The notes beneath the pieces were generated by a model that was given only the letters and a program-made list of their open reading frames with translations, was not told the origin of the DNA and did not search any database. From Selaginella moellendorffii (taxonomy: Eukaryota; Plantae; Lycopodiophyta), in assembly GCF_000143415.4 (NCBI RefSeq), contig NW_003314301.1:990702-1054701 (forward strand): a stretch of 64,000 bases of DNA. The letters run 5' to 3'. This document shows positions 13,051-25,800 of this stretch, in pieces. Position numbers and translations under genes: made by a program. How positions within the stretch are numbered: position 1 is the stretch's first letter; every line of letters begins with the position of its first letter.

Positions 13051-15037
13051 AATTAGAAATATATCTAACATATAAATTTAAATTGTTTACTAAGTTTAAT
13101 TATTTTTATAAATAAAATTAGTGTATGTATTAGTGGTTACGAAAAATATAATATGCTATAGAGAAAAATATATTATTACTCTAGTACACCAATCATAATA
13201 TAGATAATAGATTCTATGTTGTTTCACATATTTGTGATATCTTTGTATTTAATGCTATGTGAATCAAATCTCAAACCTCTATTCATAAGATTTAAACTCA
13301 ATACTTGTTTGGCACAGATTAGATTTTGAATTTGGTGTTTAGGCTTTTTTAGGGTTTCTAGGGTTGAGTAGATGAGCACAAGGATTGAGCACGTGCAAAA
13401 GCAGCTATACCTGGGAGTAAGGACTAATGTGTCAGGCACAACAGCACCACTTGAGCCCTGAGCTGCCTCAGAGGCCTGAACACTTGACAGGCTTGAGAAG
13501 TGATAAGCTAGTTATGCCTGTGCTGCTGCATGTGCCTAAGCAGCACCAGTGTGCCCAGCACAGCAGATTGAGCAATGGTGAGCTGGGAAGTTAGAGCTGC
13601 CACAGGTGGCTAAGCAACACTGTTATGCCTAGTGCAGCACCTGAGGCAGTGGTGAGAGCTGTCATGGGGACTTGAGCAGTGTTATTGCACCTAGTGTGAC
13701 AGTTCAGGTGATTCTGATTTCAGTCACCATAAGTTGCCAGAAGGCCCTAGCAACACTATTGTGCCTTACATAGCAGCTTAAATGGTGGTTAGGCCACCCC
13801 AAACTGCTGTAGTGGCCCGAGCACTACTATTGTGCCTAACATGCCAACTTAGGCAGTGGCGAGCTTAGCCAAGCAATGAGTAGCTCAAGTGGTGCTTAAT
13901 TGCAAGCTTGCAGCTCCAAGCAAGCAAATTGGTATTACATTTCTAGAGATGGTTTTTTTTTCCCTCAGCTTAGCCATTGGCTTGTTAAGTCCCTTTTACT
14001 TTGGTTTGCACTAGCTTAACAAGAACCATCACATATTAATCCCTTAATATTGTTATATGATATTTTATTGTATCTACTATAGACACTTGCCCCATGTGTT
14101 AGTCCCATTAATTATTTATAAAAAGTATCTAGATCTATTAACTATATATATCTATGGTATACAGAGATTGACATAAATACAAGATTCTCAATCTAACACC
14201 AATCTATATTTAGTAAATTGTCAACTTTGTCCTAGAGACTATCTTCTATGACTGGGTTGAAAGCCAAAAATGCCCAAATCAAGCTTTCATATAGGGAGTA
14301 GGGGGAGAGGTGTTCATACATTTTATAGATATACTTAATTGATAGATTTAAACACTTTATATAAATAGTTGATTGGATCAAAATATAATCAATACCAAGG
14401 GCTATGACAGCAAGAGTGTCCATAGAAACTCTTTACAAAAGTGTTATTTTATGGAACTAAGCTACTCTATAAATACCTCACTACATTAAGGTCAAATATG
14501 TAATACACTATGAAATTATTTGTTATTGAACTCTTGAAATTAATCATAGAAATTGAGGTATTAAAGAAATCCAACATAATTACTTTGTTAAACTCTTCCA
14601 ATAAAATAATTTGCTCTCCATGCCACATGTTTGACTCAAATATGCCCATCTTGCTCTTATTAAATCCTCTCTATTGAATTGTTAGAAGGTGGAATGTTTT
14701 GTTATTGAAGAGCTTGCTATTGCTAAAAATCCACTTGTGAAACTTGCTAAAATGATTTTTATAATAGTAACCCAAAGCAACTCTATAGCTGAAGCTCTTT
14801 GCAACATTCTAACACAATCTAATGGAAGCCAAAAAAAAGCATATAAGGAAAGCCTTAAATTTTAATAATAACCTGGAAACATTTTGGGTCACATCTTAGA
14901 ATGTCAAGTATAAAAATATTTTTCTATACTATGATTTTCTGATATTAAAATTTCTTTAATTTATTTATAATCAAGGTTGTAATGTTTCTTATCTCTAGAG
15001 TTTGTATGAGCTGGATCCACTAAATATCCAAAACCAT

Positions 15038-15059
15038 GCTCTATTTCGTTAAAGTGGGA
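15038..15059 (+). repeat. Left terminal inverted repeat
   Basis: GCTCTATTTCGTTAAAGTGGGA, the exact reverse complement of 28666-28687. Confidence 0.95.
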
Positions 15060-16621
15060 TTAATCAGTAAAATGGGACTAGGTACAAATTTTCAAGTATT
15101 TGAAAATGACGTGAAATTATATGTTTTTTGTCCAGGGGCTAGACATATCTGGGGCATGGTGACTAGCGCGGTGACTTTATGTCCAGACTGAGTCCATCTG
15201 GTTGTATAATAAATCTCATTGTCAAGGTGAACAAGCCGAATCTGAAGCTAAAGAAGAGCGATGGCATGCGCGCACACATTATTTGTTTGTTCATTGAGCG
15301 TGTGGTGAGCTTTCCAAGATGAACGTCATTCCTATTAGCCAGACATATAACTTAATGGTGAGAACATTTAGATATTATTCAATGTTATCTTTTTCTAACG
15401 AATCTAATTGTGAAGGTGTAGCAAGAGGCATTGCTAGTCTGGAGAAGTCATTTAACTCATTTGACCCTTAGTGTATTTTCATGAAACTAAATAACATTCA
15501 TATTATTAAGGAATTTCTCTAGTACCTTTGTTTTACGACATAGAGGCTTGCATTTCTTTCAAAGGTGATTTAGTAAAAGGCCTGAGGGCACATGCCATTC
15601 TATTTCTCAGACCGGTATTAAGATATACTAGTGCAAAGGGAAAAAGGTATTTGGTGATCAAGTAAATGGCATGAGGGCACACGCCATTATAAGCCTAAGC
15701 GCTAGTGGACACCTCCTTTTTGGTACTCTCAGCGGTACTATCATCCTTCTCCGGGTCAGTTGTTTTGCTTTGGATTGTTGTCTCTGACGTTACTGGGGCG
15801 TTCTCGATAGTTGTTAATATTGCCGTTTGTTCAGAAAAATGATCACCTGGAGTATAGTATAGGGAGTTTGGAAGACTTATATATTCTACATCTTCACCTA
15901 TCTCCTTCTCCGTCTCCTTTTCTGCCTCACTTACAGATTTTGTGCTTGCCATGAGAACGCTCTTCACCCTAAAATATGGAGTTCGTTGTGTTATAAAAGG
16001 AAACCAACACACACGCTGCAAGGGAATGATGGTACATAAAGCACGTAAGCCCACAATATGGGTTTATGTGCCATTAATATGGGCCACACGCCATATTATT
16101 AGATTTATGCACGTGTGATTGGTAAATGCATATGTCACATCATCTTTGTTTTACCTCACACACTATATCAGGCCTAATGAACCATATCACATGTGTGCAC
16201 ATGCTATATATATGGAGAAGTATTATGCAAGGATAGAAATTCAATGCATGATTGTGGAGAGCAATGGCATGAAGCCACATGCTAAATAACATTTTAGAGA
16301 AAGAATTAAAATAAAAACATGCAAACAGTACTAAGTGGACCAAGACTTAGAAGTGCACAATTGAATGAGGTATTTCTAATAAATACTTCACTCACCTCAT
16401 ATAAAAATGGCTACCACTCTCAAATGGCGTATCGCCTCATGCCATCACCTCGCAATTTGTTATAACGATCCGATGAATTCATATTCGGCTTATTCACCTT
16501 GAACTTTAAGTAAGATTTGCTAGAACAACTAAGAATTTATACGTGTTATTTGTATCATCTCACCTAGGAATGGCGTAAGGCCACATGCCATCACGCCTCC
16601 TCTGATTCAGATTTGTATTGT

Positions 16622-19549
16622 TCACCTTGAAATAAAATACATTAGAAACTTAGTAAAGGAATATTCATGAATCTCACCTTGAACCCGGGTTATGAATGCT
16701 CTTGCTGCATCTCTTGCATGGTCTGGCAAGGTGATGGTGGCACTCTGCTTCCGCATCCAACCATGCACAACATTATCCATCAATATGCTCATGCTGGGAT
16801 CCCTTGGATTCAGCACCCATCTCTTTTCTAGGCAATCCTTCCTATATCCGGAACTTGGCTTGAACCACTCCACAGTTATATTGAAGGAGTTAGTTTCCGC
16901 ATCCTCCTCTGCATCAGTGATGCAGCGCCCCACCCATATCATTTGTTTTTTATTACTAGGTCTGACAAGCACGACAATTCCTTTGCAGACCTGTACTGGA
17001 TTGAATGCTGAATCCGGCTTCTTGTTCCTCGGCCCACAATAGTGATCCTCAACATCGTTATCTGTCACTGCATTTCCAGAGGACATTGTTCCGCTACTAT
17101 CTGGTGCTCTGGGTTCTGGCCAAAAGGACTCTTCCAATTCTTCATATACAACCGGCCCATTTTGGATAGCAGATATAATCTTCTCCCAGTATTCGAGCAA
17201 AGGCTTGCACCTCTGAAAATAGGATTCTCCACCAAACACCAACCCCCTCTTCCAGAAGGCAATATGCTATCTAATCCCGACCACTATACTTTCCTGGTCT
17301 TTGAGTCCATCCGGGTGCATCAGCCGTGGGGAACCCTGAGGAATCATAGGTTCCCCAGTTATGGGATCTCTCTTGAAGAGTTCAATGCCGTCCACTGGCA
17401 GCCACACTGTGTCCCATTCTCTCATCTTGTACCTCATCACTGGAGCACCGTCACACATGCTGAAATGAAACTGAAGAGGCTTGGAGTGGCCAATCAGCGT
17501 TTCGGATCCGTCCCTGATGTAGCCTCTTACAAACCCCTTAAAGTCTGGAACCTCTGTCAGAAGTGCAGCTTCAACAGTGCCTTTGATGCAATTTTGGAAT
17601 TCATCGTAGAGTTGTGGGAGGGTGAGGACATTAGATCGCCGGAGGGACTCTGCCAGGTGACTGAACATGGCATCGACATCTTCATGAGTGTGCCCAACCA
17701 TGAGAAAGCCAAGTGTAACCGTTTCAAATATGCCTTTGGCAACAAGCATCGCCAAGTACGTGAAGACGTACATGTTTTTGTTCTCACTGCCAGCATTGTC
17801 TGTTTGGAGCAGAAGATGGGGTGGAAGGCCACATCGGCTGCAAGAACTTCCTTGAGATTCTGCTTTGTTTGGATGAGGCTGTGCATTCACCGGGCGACCA
17901 GCCTCGTCGGAATGGCATGAGGCCTCACGTGATAACCCTACAATCTGACGGCCAACATATTCACTGGGATGGCATGGGGCCCCACGTGATACTGCAAGCC
18001 TTTGCTCCTCCTCCAGCTGAACCCTGTATGGGGTTCGATCGACAAGGGCCTTATGCAAGGGTTGGCCGTTCAGCTCAGTCTGCGCACTTTGCAGAGACCT
18101 TAAGTGTTTTGCTAGGGACGCAATCATCATGTTTGCACCCCTGCCACCCCATAGAAGTACAAAGAAGTTCCCATAGTTCTGGGCACCATGCCCATGAGCG
18201 ATTATGCCAAACAGAGACACAGGCAGCTGCATGGATGAAGAGATTACCTTGGGGGCAGGATTGAGTCAAGGTAAGCACGTCTTTTTCTGGTCCATTTTGT
18301 CGTGGATGATGCAGAGGTAAGAGTCAGGTCTCTCCATGGAGAGAATCCTGTTATGATAATATGCAGTCCTGCAGCTTCTCTGCTCGATGTTGTGGTCGAG
18401 CCGCCTTCTAACCAACGTCTCTCGCTCTTGAGCGCTGCAAGAATTCTTCGACAAAGCCATTTTGATAGCAGTGCACTCGTCACACTTTGAAAAGCTGGAG
18501 TACTTTCCTATACTCACATCCCTGAACCTGTTGCTCCACAATCTACTAAATCTAGATTGGCTCAGCTTCCTGTAGCCATTACTCTGGAGTTCCCGATTCA
18601 CATTTTCCAATATGGCCCCCTTGGTATACATGGAAGGGAGAACTCGTTGGGTGTCTCGTGTTCCATCTTCCAAGAGGCAGGTTTTATGTGGTTGCTGCTC
18701 GCTACATGTCTCGACAAACCTCTTGAAGATTGCCTCTCCATATACAACATGACCCTTGGTTTTGTGCGTATCATCGTTCCCATGGACTGCCTGTTGAACC
18801 CTTTGTTCCTCGAACTCAGTTTTGATTCTGTAGAATGTGGTTCGAGGGACTCCATAAATGATTCTCCATGCCTTCATGCAGACCAAACCCCTCTGGAAGA
18901 CCATGCCCCCCACCTGATGTTCTGAAGCATCAACAGATAACCGTAATGCCTCATACACAAAATTGCGAGCTGCCTTCCAGGACAATGTCTTGTATCTTGC
19001 TCTCTCCTCTTCAATAGCATCCCAATTAGCATGTTGACAGCACCTCCTCTTGCAACAAGCAACTGTTGAGACCATTCAAACCTCCATCGCCATTTTCTGC
19101 CTTTTCGGTTCGTTGCTCAGATCCCTTTGGCTGCGCTTTAGGAAGGTGTACTTTCTTTTCCCATGAAGAGATGTTCTGTCATCAGTTGTAGTGGTGTTTG
19201 ATTGTGAATCCTTCACATTCTCAAACACTAAGTGCTTCAATTTCCACCGCACAATGCTTCCAATAGTCAGACTGTTTTCTTCTGTGTCAACAACCTCTAA
19301 AATCGCAACTCCAATATCATCCCAGCCCAATTCTTGATTAGCAACCGCATCTCTTGGATCGACAACTGTGGCTAAGCCCTCAGCTACCACCTCCCCTTCG
19401 GGGTTGTTTAGAAACACCTTCGCCTGAATCCATGTAGCACGGTTCTTAAGATCCACGGAGGGAGCATGCGTCGCACTTGCGCTGTCCCCAACATCTGCTT
19501 TCTTCTGAAGATTTTTCAAAGCAGCAACAACATTTACCCCGACGACCAT
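16622..19549 (-). pseudogene. Sola1-like (DUF7869-type) RNase H-fold DDD transposase, ~976 codons, broken by three in-frame stops
   Basis: Four ORF-track pieces share one frame, separated only by TGA 19076-78, TGA 18266-68 and TAG 17267-69. Motifs are FSKCDEC, CIIHDKMDQKK, LLLQTDNAGSENKN and FLMVGHTHEDVDAMFS. Further 3' exons may extend toward 15695. Confidence 0.85.
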
Positions 19550-22500
19550 CTCTCCTCATTCAATAGCGACCACATTCCCATCGAAGACAGTCTTTACTGA
19601 TACAACAGCATTGCCTTCCCCAAGCCTTTGACAGTGTATAACAAAGTTCCGATCCATAGACACAAGGGTCCCTTTTGCAACTCTCTTCCCACCATTCAAA
19701 ATGTAAACCTTTTCCCCAACTCTGAAGGCCATTCTGAAAGTGCAGAAAAGAAGTTAAGACCATACAAAAAATGATTGGAGAATGGCCTAAATCATAACAT
19801 ACTAAACAACCTCAATAGCATGAGGCCACATGCCATTATTCAAACATGCTATTGACACCCATGTGAAATTTCGCATTCACAAAATTGGCATGAGGCCTCA
19901 TGCCATCTTGATATACACACAGCTGCAGGCAAGTAAAAACATACATGACAATACACTAGCCATGAAATTGCAAGGGCCCAAGATGGCATGTGGCCTCATG
20001 CCATTTCTAAATGCGGTCCTAAGCCATTCCATGGTGAACATACCAGGAAGCACAAGTGCCGAATATCAAGAGGAAGCGGTAGCCACACCAAAGACAGTGC
20101 CGCTCGCAACACCGCAACTACTCGTAGCGCCGCTCGCAACACCGCAACTGCTCGTAGCGCCGCTCGCACAAACTGCCACTCGCATAAACTGCCGCTCGCA
20201 ATGGCGCTCGCAATGCCGCAACCGCTCGTAGACGCATAAACCACAGCCCACAACGCCGCTTACGCAAGCAGCGCTCACTGCGCTCAGCGGAACCAAGAAC
20301 ACGGCGCACAAAAATGATAGACCTAGGAATGAGTTCGAGAATTCAAAAATAACACACGCTTGAACGTCACATCAAATCCTCTGACAAACCAGATTTTATG
20401 ATTCCTCTGACAAATTTCAAACTGAGTAGCTTCTAGACTTTGCTGTCGGAGGTTGAACTTTGTCACATCATGTCCTTGCCTCGATCCAGCTGCGCCATGT
20501 CAGTGATTCGAACTTTGCCATGCTATGTCAAGGATCCGCGCCAAGATTATTCGCCGTATAAAGGAATAATTATGCTCTGTGTGTACGTCCATTTATGGCA
20601 ATATAAGGCCACACGCCATTCAAAGAATAATGCTAGTCGAGCATTTTTTGGTGCATTTTTGGGTTCAAAATTGCATGAGCCCACACGCTATAAAGTTTAC
20701 CTGTACCAAAAATAGAAACAGCTTTATTTACTTGGGAATTTAAGTGGTTGAGGCATTTTTAAACTTACAAACACATGCCCTACTTACATTCCTTTGGTTG
20801 CTTAAAATTCAAAAATATTATAAACCTTTCTTTTTGCATTTTCAATGTTTTCAATTATGGTTTTTGATTTTCGTAGGATCAGCCTAGTAATCTATTTGCA
20901 TCCCGTCATGTTTATAGCTAGCTTTCGTTTGTCCCCTTCGCTAGCCTGAGATACATCTGCTCGGCATCTGCCTCTTACAGCATTTGCCCAGAAAGGGCAT
21001 CTTTCTTCACGCAGCATTTGCCACATGTTTAGGGTTTAGGGTTTAGGGTTTAGCAATTCAGTAGCTTGATAAACATGCAAATACAGAACTTGATGCAAAA
21101 TCCTTTGATATGTCACAATGCCCCTAAGACCATAAACACATTTCAATAGAGAAGGTCCTTTCATTTCACAACTCCTTACGTAGATCTTGGTGAAACCAAA
21201 GTTAGTGAAGTTAGTTTCTTGTGATCCCGCATCTGATTGTGATGTCCCTTTGCAGTTTCGATGGAAAGGTCAATGCACACCAAACTGTAAAATCTTGGAG
21301 CAAAATAACGGTCGGATCTATGGCAAATGCCCCTGAAACATTGTAAGGCTCGTGTGGTCTCATGTGGTGTCCGATCGAGATGCTTCTTTGCAGGGTCATC
21401 AAGAAAGACATTGTATACCATTCTGTAAAATCTAGTTGTGATCTAACGGTTGGATCTCCAGAAAACTCAAAACAATCTCGCGCGTGTCAAAATATTCTAG
21501 GAATATACTCCTATGTGCCCCTGAAAATGGCATGCGGCCCCACGCCATTCAAGAGATAACGCCAGATGACGCCGAGAATTTTTTGGTGCATTTTTTGGGT
21601 TCAAAATTGCATAAGCCCACACGCTATAAAGTTTATCTTTGCCAAATAGAGAAAAGTTTATCTATGTCATGTGAGGTAGTTACAGTCCTTTGTGCTCGGC
21701 ATCTGCCTCTTGCAGCATTTGCACTGAAAGGGAATTTTTCTCCATTCAGCATTTGGCCCTGAAAATGGCATGTGCCCACACGCCATTTAAGGAATAACGC
21801 CACAGGACGCCTGGATTTTTGGGTTTAAAATGTTTAGGGTTTTTTGGGTTTTTTCAAAATATTTTGGGTCCAACGTTTTTTGGGTTTCTTTGGTGCAAAA
21901 TTGCATGAGCCCACACGCTATAATATTGATTTGAGAGAAAAATAGAAACAGATAGAATTTCTTTATTTAGCTGAACATCTGCCATTTTTGGAAATACAAG
22001 ATGCTTTGGAATATCCAATTATGCATGGTATAAATATAGCGAGGGTATTAAATGATATCCCAATCATGATCTTTCTTTTGGATTTCGCGTGCATGCAGTC
22101 TGAGGAATGATGACGTTGCGGATTTCTTTTGGATTTTGCGTGCTTGCATGCGCGCGGCAATCCAGAAATTAATGGTGGCGCCCAAGTCCGAGGAATGATG
22201 ACGTGGCGGGATTACCAACCGTTGTGACATTTCGCGCGTGTGAGGTTAGGTTTTGCATTTTGCTTCGTACTCGCGCTCGCACACTCGCGCTCGCATCGCG
22301 CTCCCACTCGCGATCACGCTCACATTCGCGCTCATCTACCTTCTCTATAGGTTTCTCGTGTGCATCGGCGTCCACTCGCGCTTGCATCACACTCGCGCTT
22401 GCATCGCGCTCGTGTGCATCGGCGTCCACTTCAAGACACACCCAGTTTGTAACTTCGCCGCCAACTCCGCCGCCCACTCCGCCACCCACACGCAGCCCAC

Positions 22501-22640
22501 TTGGCGTCCCGGGAGATTTCAGCGCCACTCTCCAACTGTAAGTGGCAGAGTAGCCTTGCTGCTACGATCCGCTGCACACACAGTGCACATTCGCCAGCGA
22601 GTCCGGCCTCGATTGTCACGGCCTCCATTCGGCTTCAAAT
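19550..22640. promoter_or_regulatory. Divergent intergenic/control region of the transposon
   Basis: CpG-rich tandem repeats at ~20095-20290 (30-bp unit) and ~22270-22430. Direct repeats of ~150 bp each carry two palindromes (20590-20720, 21520-21650, 21760-21950). A (TTTAGGG)3 telo-box tract lies at ~21028-21053, and GAGGAATGATGACGT occurs twice (22102, 22190). Confidence 0.55.
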
Positions 22641-22880
22641 GGTAAGTCTTTTAGGCCAAGTAGAAAATGGCATAAGGCCACATGCCATTCAGTAGCAACA
22701 TTGGCATGCACCGATTGGGCTCTCGAGTGCAGTCCGGTTACAGATGGCGTGTAGCCTCACGCCATCTTAGGATGCCACCTCAAGACATCTGATGCAGTGG
22801 TGAATGGCGTGTGGCCTCACGTTATTTCCAGCTGCTAGCTTTTCATCTGTCAGCTCTAATTGTTGTGTATTTCTGAACAG

Positions 22881-25800
22881 GCAAGGAATTGCGTTCTTCT
22901 TCCAGCCACTGTCAATGTGGATGCAGAGAAGGGGGAGGAGCTCACCAGTTGAACTTTCGGGATGGAAGGCGAGGATCTGATGCTGTACAACACAGATGGT
23001 GGGAGAAAAGAATGCATGGGGATCCTCATCCAAGTGACAGACACTCCATGCAGTTCCATGCAAGAATATGGACTGGCACTTGTGGTAGAGACAGCGTCCG
23101 CCTTCAAGATCCACCTTGCACATCCTAGCAGCTTCCCATAGGGGGGCAGTGGCTATGAGGAATTCCTAGAGGGAGCTAGGGAGAGGTTGTCCAGGAGGCC
23201 CACAATTTCAAAGACGCTGCGGGTCTATGAAGATCACATGGAATCCACGGACCTCACCTACGGCGATGTTCAAAAACTATATTCCAACATTGAGCCGTTG
23301 AGAGTGCCTCCAGTTCGCGAAGCGAAGGGGAAGGGGGTCGATCTGGAAACTACCCCGAAGCAGAAAAGGGTGGTCAAGCTCAAGCTGACGTCCGACTCTG
23401 CTGCTCCAAAAAAGAAGCTACTCGGTGATGCCATTGCCTCGGGTTCGAACACTACACCCACCAAAAAGAAGAGCCGCAAAGAGCAGAAAGAGCAAGAAGA
23501 GGCAGCAAAAATCGTCGCAGATAATAGTACTTGTTACTATTCCAACAAAGTATATACAATCGACGTGAGCCGTATCGAGATCCAAAGCAAATACAACCAC
23601 AGGCTAGTATCTGATGAGTGGGTGGAGAAACTGAAGCAGAAGATGCTGGCAAGTCCAGTAACACCCGACATCGCAGACGTGATCCCCTACTACCGAACAA
23701 TGAAGGGCGAGACGAGGTTTCCAGACTTGATCAATAGGAAGGTGTTGGACGATCAGAACATCCGGTTCTATGCCGTCTCCGGGCAGCATTCTAGCTTGGC
23801 GATGCAACAGATAGTTGTGGATATTATGGTGGGCGAGGAGGTGAAGAAACTCTTCAAGACAAAAGTTGTCCGCCTGATAAAAGGCAACTCGCCCCTCCGA
23901 TCTATCATATACATCTCCCACGCGCAGAATGTCAAGCAAGAAATGTGCTATAAATCGGGTCTGCACGAGACATTGGCACGAACATGGAAGCTCTGGGTTC
24001 AACTGAAGAAGCCACAAAAACCAGGACAAGGACGTGCACTAGCAACTAGCGCCTGGCAGGTAAACCTCGTTGCATGTGGCATAGCATGTGGCCTCACGCC
24101 ATTTCCATTGCAGGAATTCTCGAGTCTTCTCTCGAAAACACTGGGGGTCAATGACACACTCAGCATCCATAACATTCTACTCGCGACAAAAGTTGTTTTT
24201 GACAAATGGGTAGATGTGCTGAGGAGGTACCATGACGGGGAGTTGCTAAACTCAATGGGTGTGGAGGACGGCCGGAAGCCCAATGATTTGAAGCTCAACG
24301 CCTTGCGTTTCTCGCGGTCTCTAGATGACGACGACCTTCTGACAGTGGCTAATGCTCTTCTACGTGGTGAGGTAGTTTTCAACAAGACCAAAATGACTCC
24401 CAGCCATATTGTGACATACGAGGACTTGTGCACGACTCTGAGAGCTCGTGCGCTATTGAAGGATTGGATCTTCGAACAAGTGGCTGTGGAGAGGGTGAGC
24501 ATTGACACCACGCAAGAGATGATGGAAGAGCTGGAGTTGTCAAATGAAGACATCGACGACTACGTGAAGGGGGCCCCCAAGTTCATCGATCTGTTGCGGG
24601 ATGCCACGAAAAGTAAAGCTGAGAAGTTGGATCAGTATCCAAATTTCATTAAGAGGGATGTCGACCGCCGGCTTCAGAAACAGCTCGACCCCGCAGCAGA
24701 GGCCTATCGAGAACCTTACCGGGTATACGTGAATTCGGATGAGGATCAAAGGTGGAGGAGCATTGTTTCCCGCGGAGATGAGCAGGTCAAGAACATCTTT
24801 TGTGTGATGGACTTCACAAACGAGGAGATCACTCATGCAGACGAAGTCAGCTCCATCATTGACTTAATGGTGGGACTTGCGGAGGTGGAATCTTCAGTCC
24901 ACTATATGATCTACGACTCCGAATCCTATCACAAGTTCTGGAAGGCCTTGAACGAGGTGAAGGCTCGGTTGAAAGGCAAGGAGATGCAGGAGATCCATGG
25001 GATAATGGCTAAGAAGAAGATACCGATGAATGTCCGCATCTTCACACTCGCCCTTGTTATTGGTCCTACAGCAGAGTGGGACTGGAGTGACTTCCCAGCT
25101 TCAATTAACAAGGCCGATCGAATTGATCTGAGGGAGGTCAATTTACCCGTGCCTGACGAACTGAAGATGGCTATGGAGCTTTCGAATCCAAAGAAAGCTC
25201 CAGGTGCAGCATGGGAAATGCTCAACTGGGTCTTTAACGCAATAGCGGGTGACTCCAAGGGCAAATGTGTTGTCGAGTACAACTGCGGCGGACTATTCTT
25301 TCGAGCCGCACTACTCAAGGGTGTCCCGTGTGTTGCGGTGACAAACTCCATTGAAGAGGTGACTTCAATGGAGCATATAATTACAGTTGCCAAAGAAAAA
25401 CAGTATCTTCTCTGCGAACCTGGTGAGTACGCACTTTAAGTTTAAATGTTATCTCACAAGCTCTGTATGCAGGAGCGTGGCCACCCCCAAATGCTGAAAC
25501 GGCGTTAACAGCTACTGATGTTAGGCCGAGCTCACAACCTGCACAAGGTAAGGTCACGTGAGGCCTCACGCCATTTTGATTATAGATCGTTGTGAATATT
25601 CAGACACGAGGACTGAAAAGCGCACTGGTGGCGCGTCGAAGAAGGACAAACAGACAAGCAATAAGAAAAAAGGAGGTACAAATTATATTTGCAATGGCGT
25701 GTGGTCTCATGCCATTCCTTGCAGGAGACACTTCTTCAAAGGCAAAACAGGCAAGCACCAGCCAAGCTCAAACTGATAGTGGTCATAAAAAGCGAAAGTA

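Noticed and set aside
21028-21053. (TTTAGGG)3 as a telomere or chromosome-healing site
   Set aside because: Too short. Similar telo-boxes occur at ordinary promoters in this window (57705-57723, 59762-59780).
24790-25400. Calling the cargo an active DNA methyltransferase
   Set aside because: There is no intact DPPY/SPPY or FxGxG motif, so only a fold-level resemblance is claimed.
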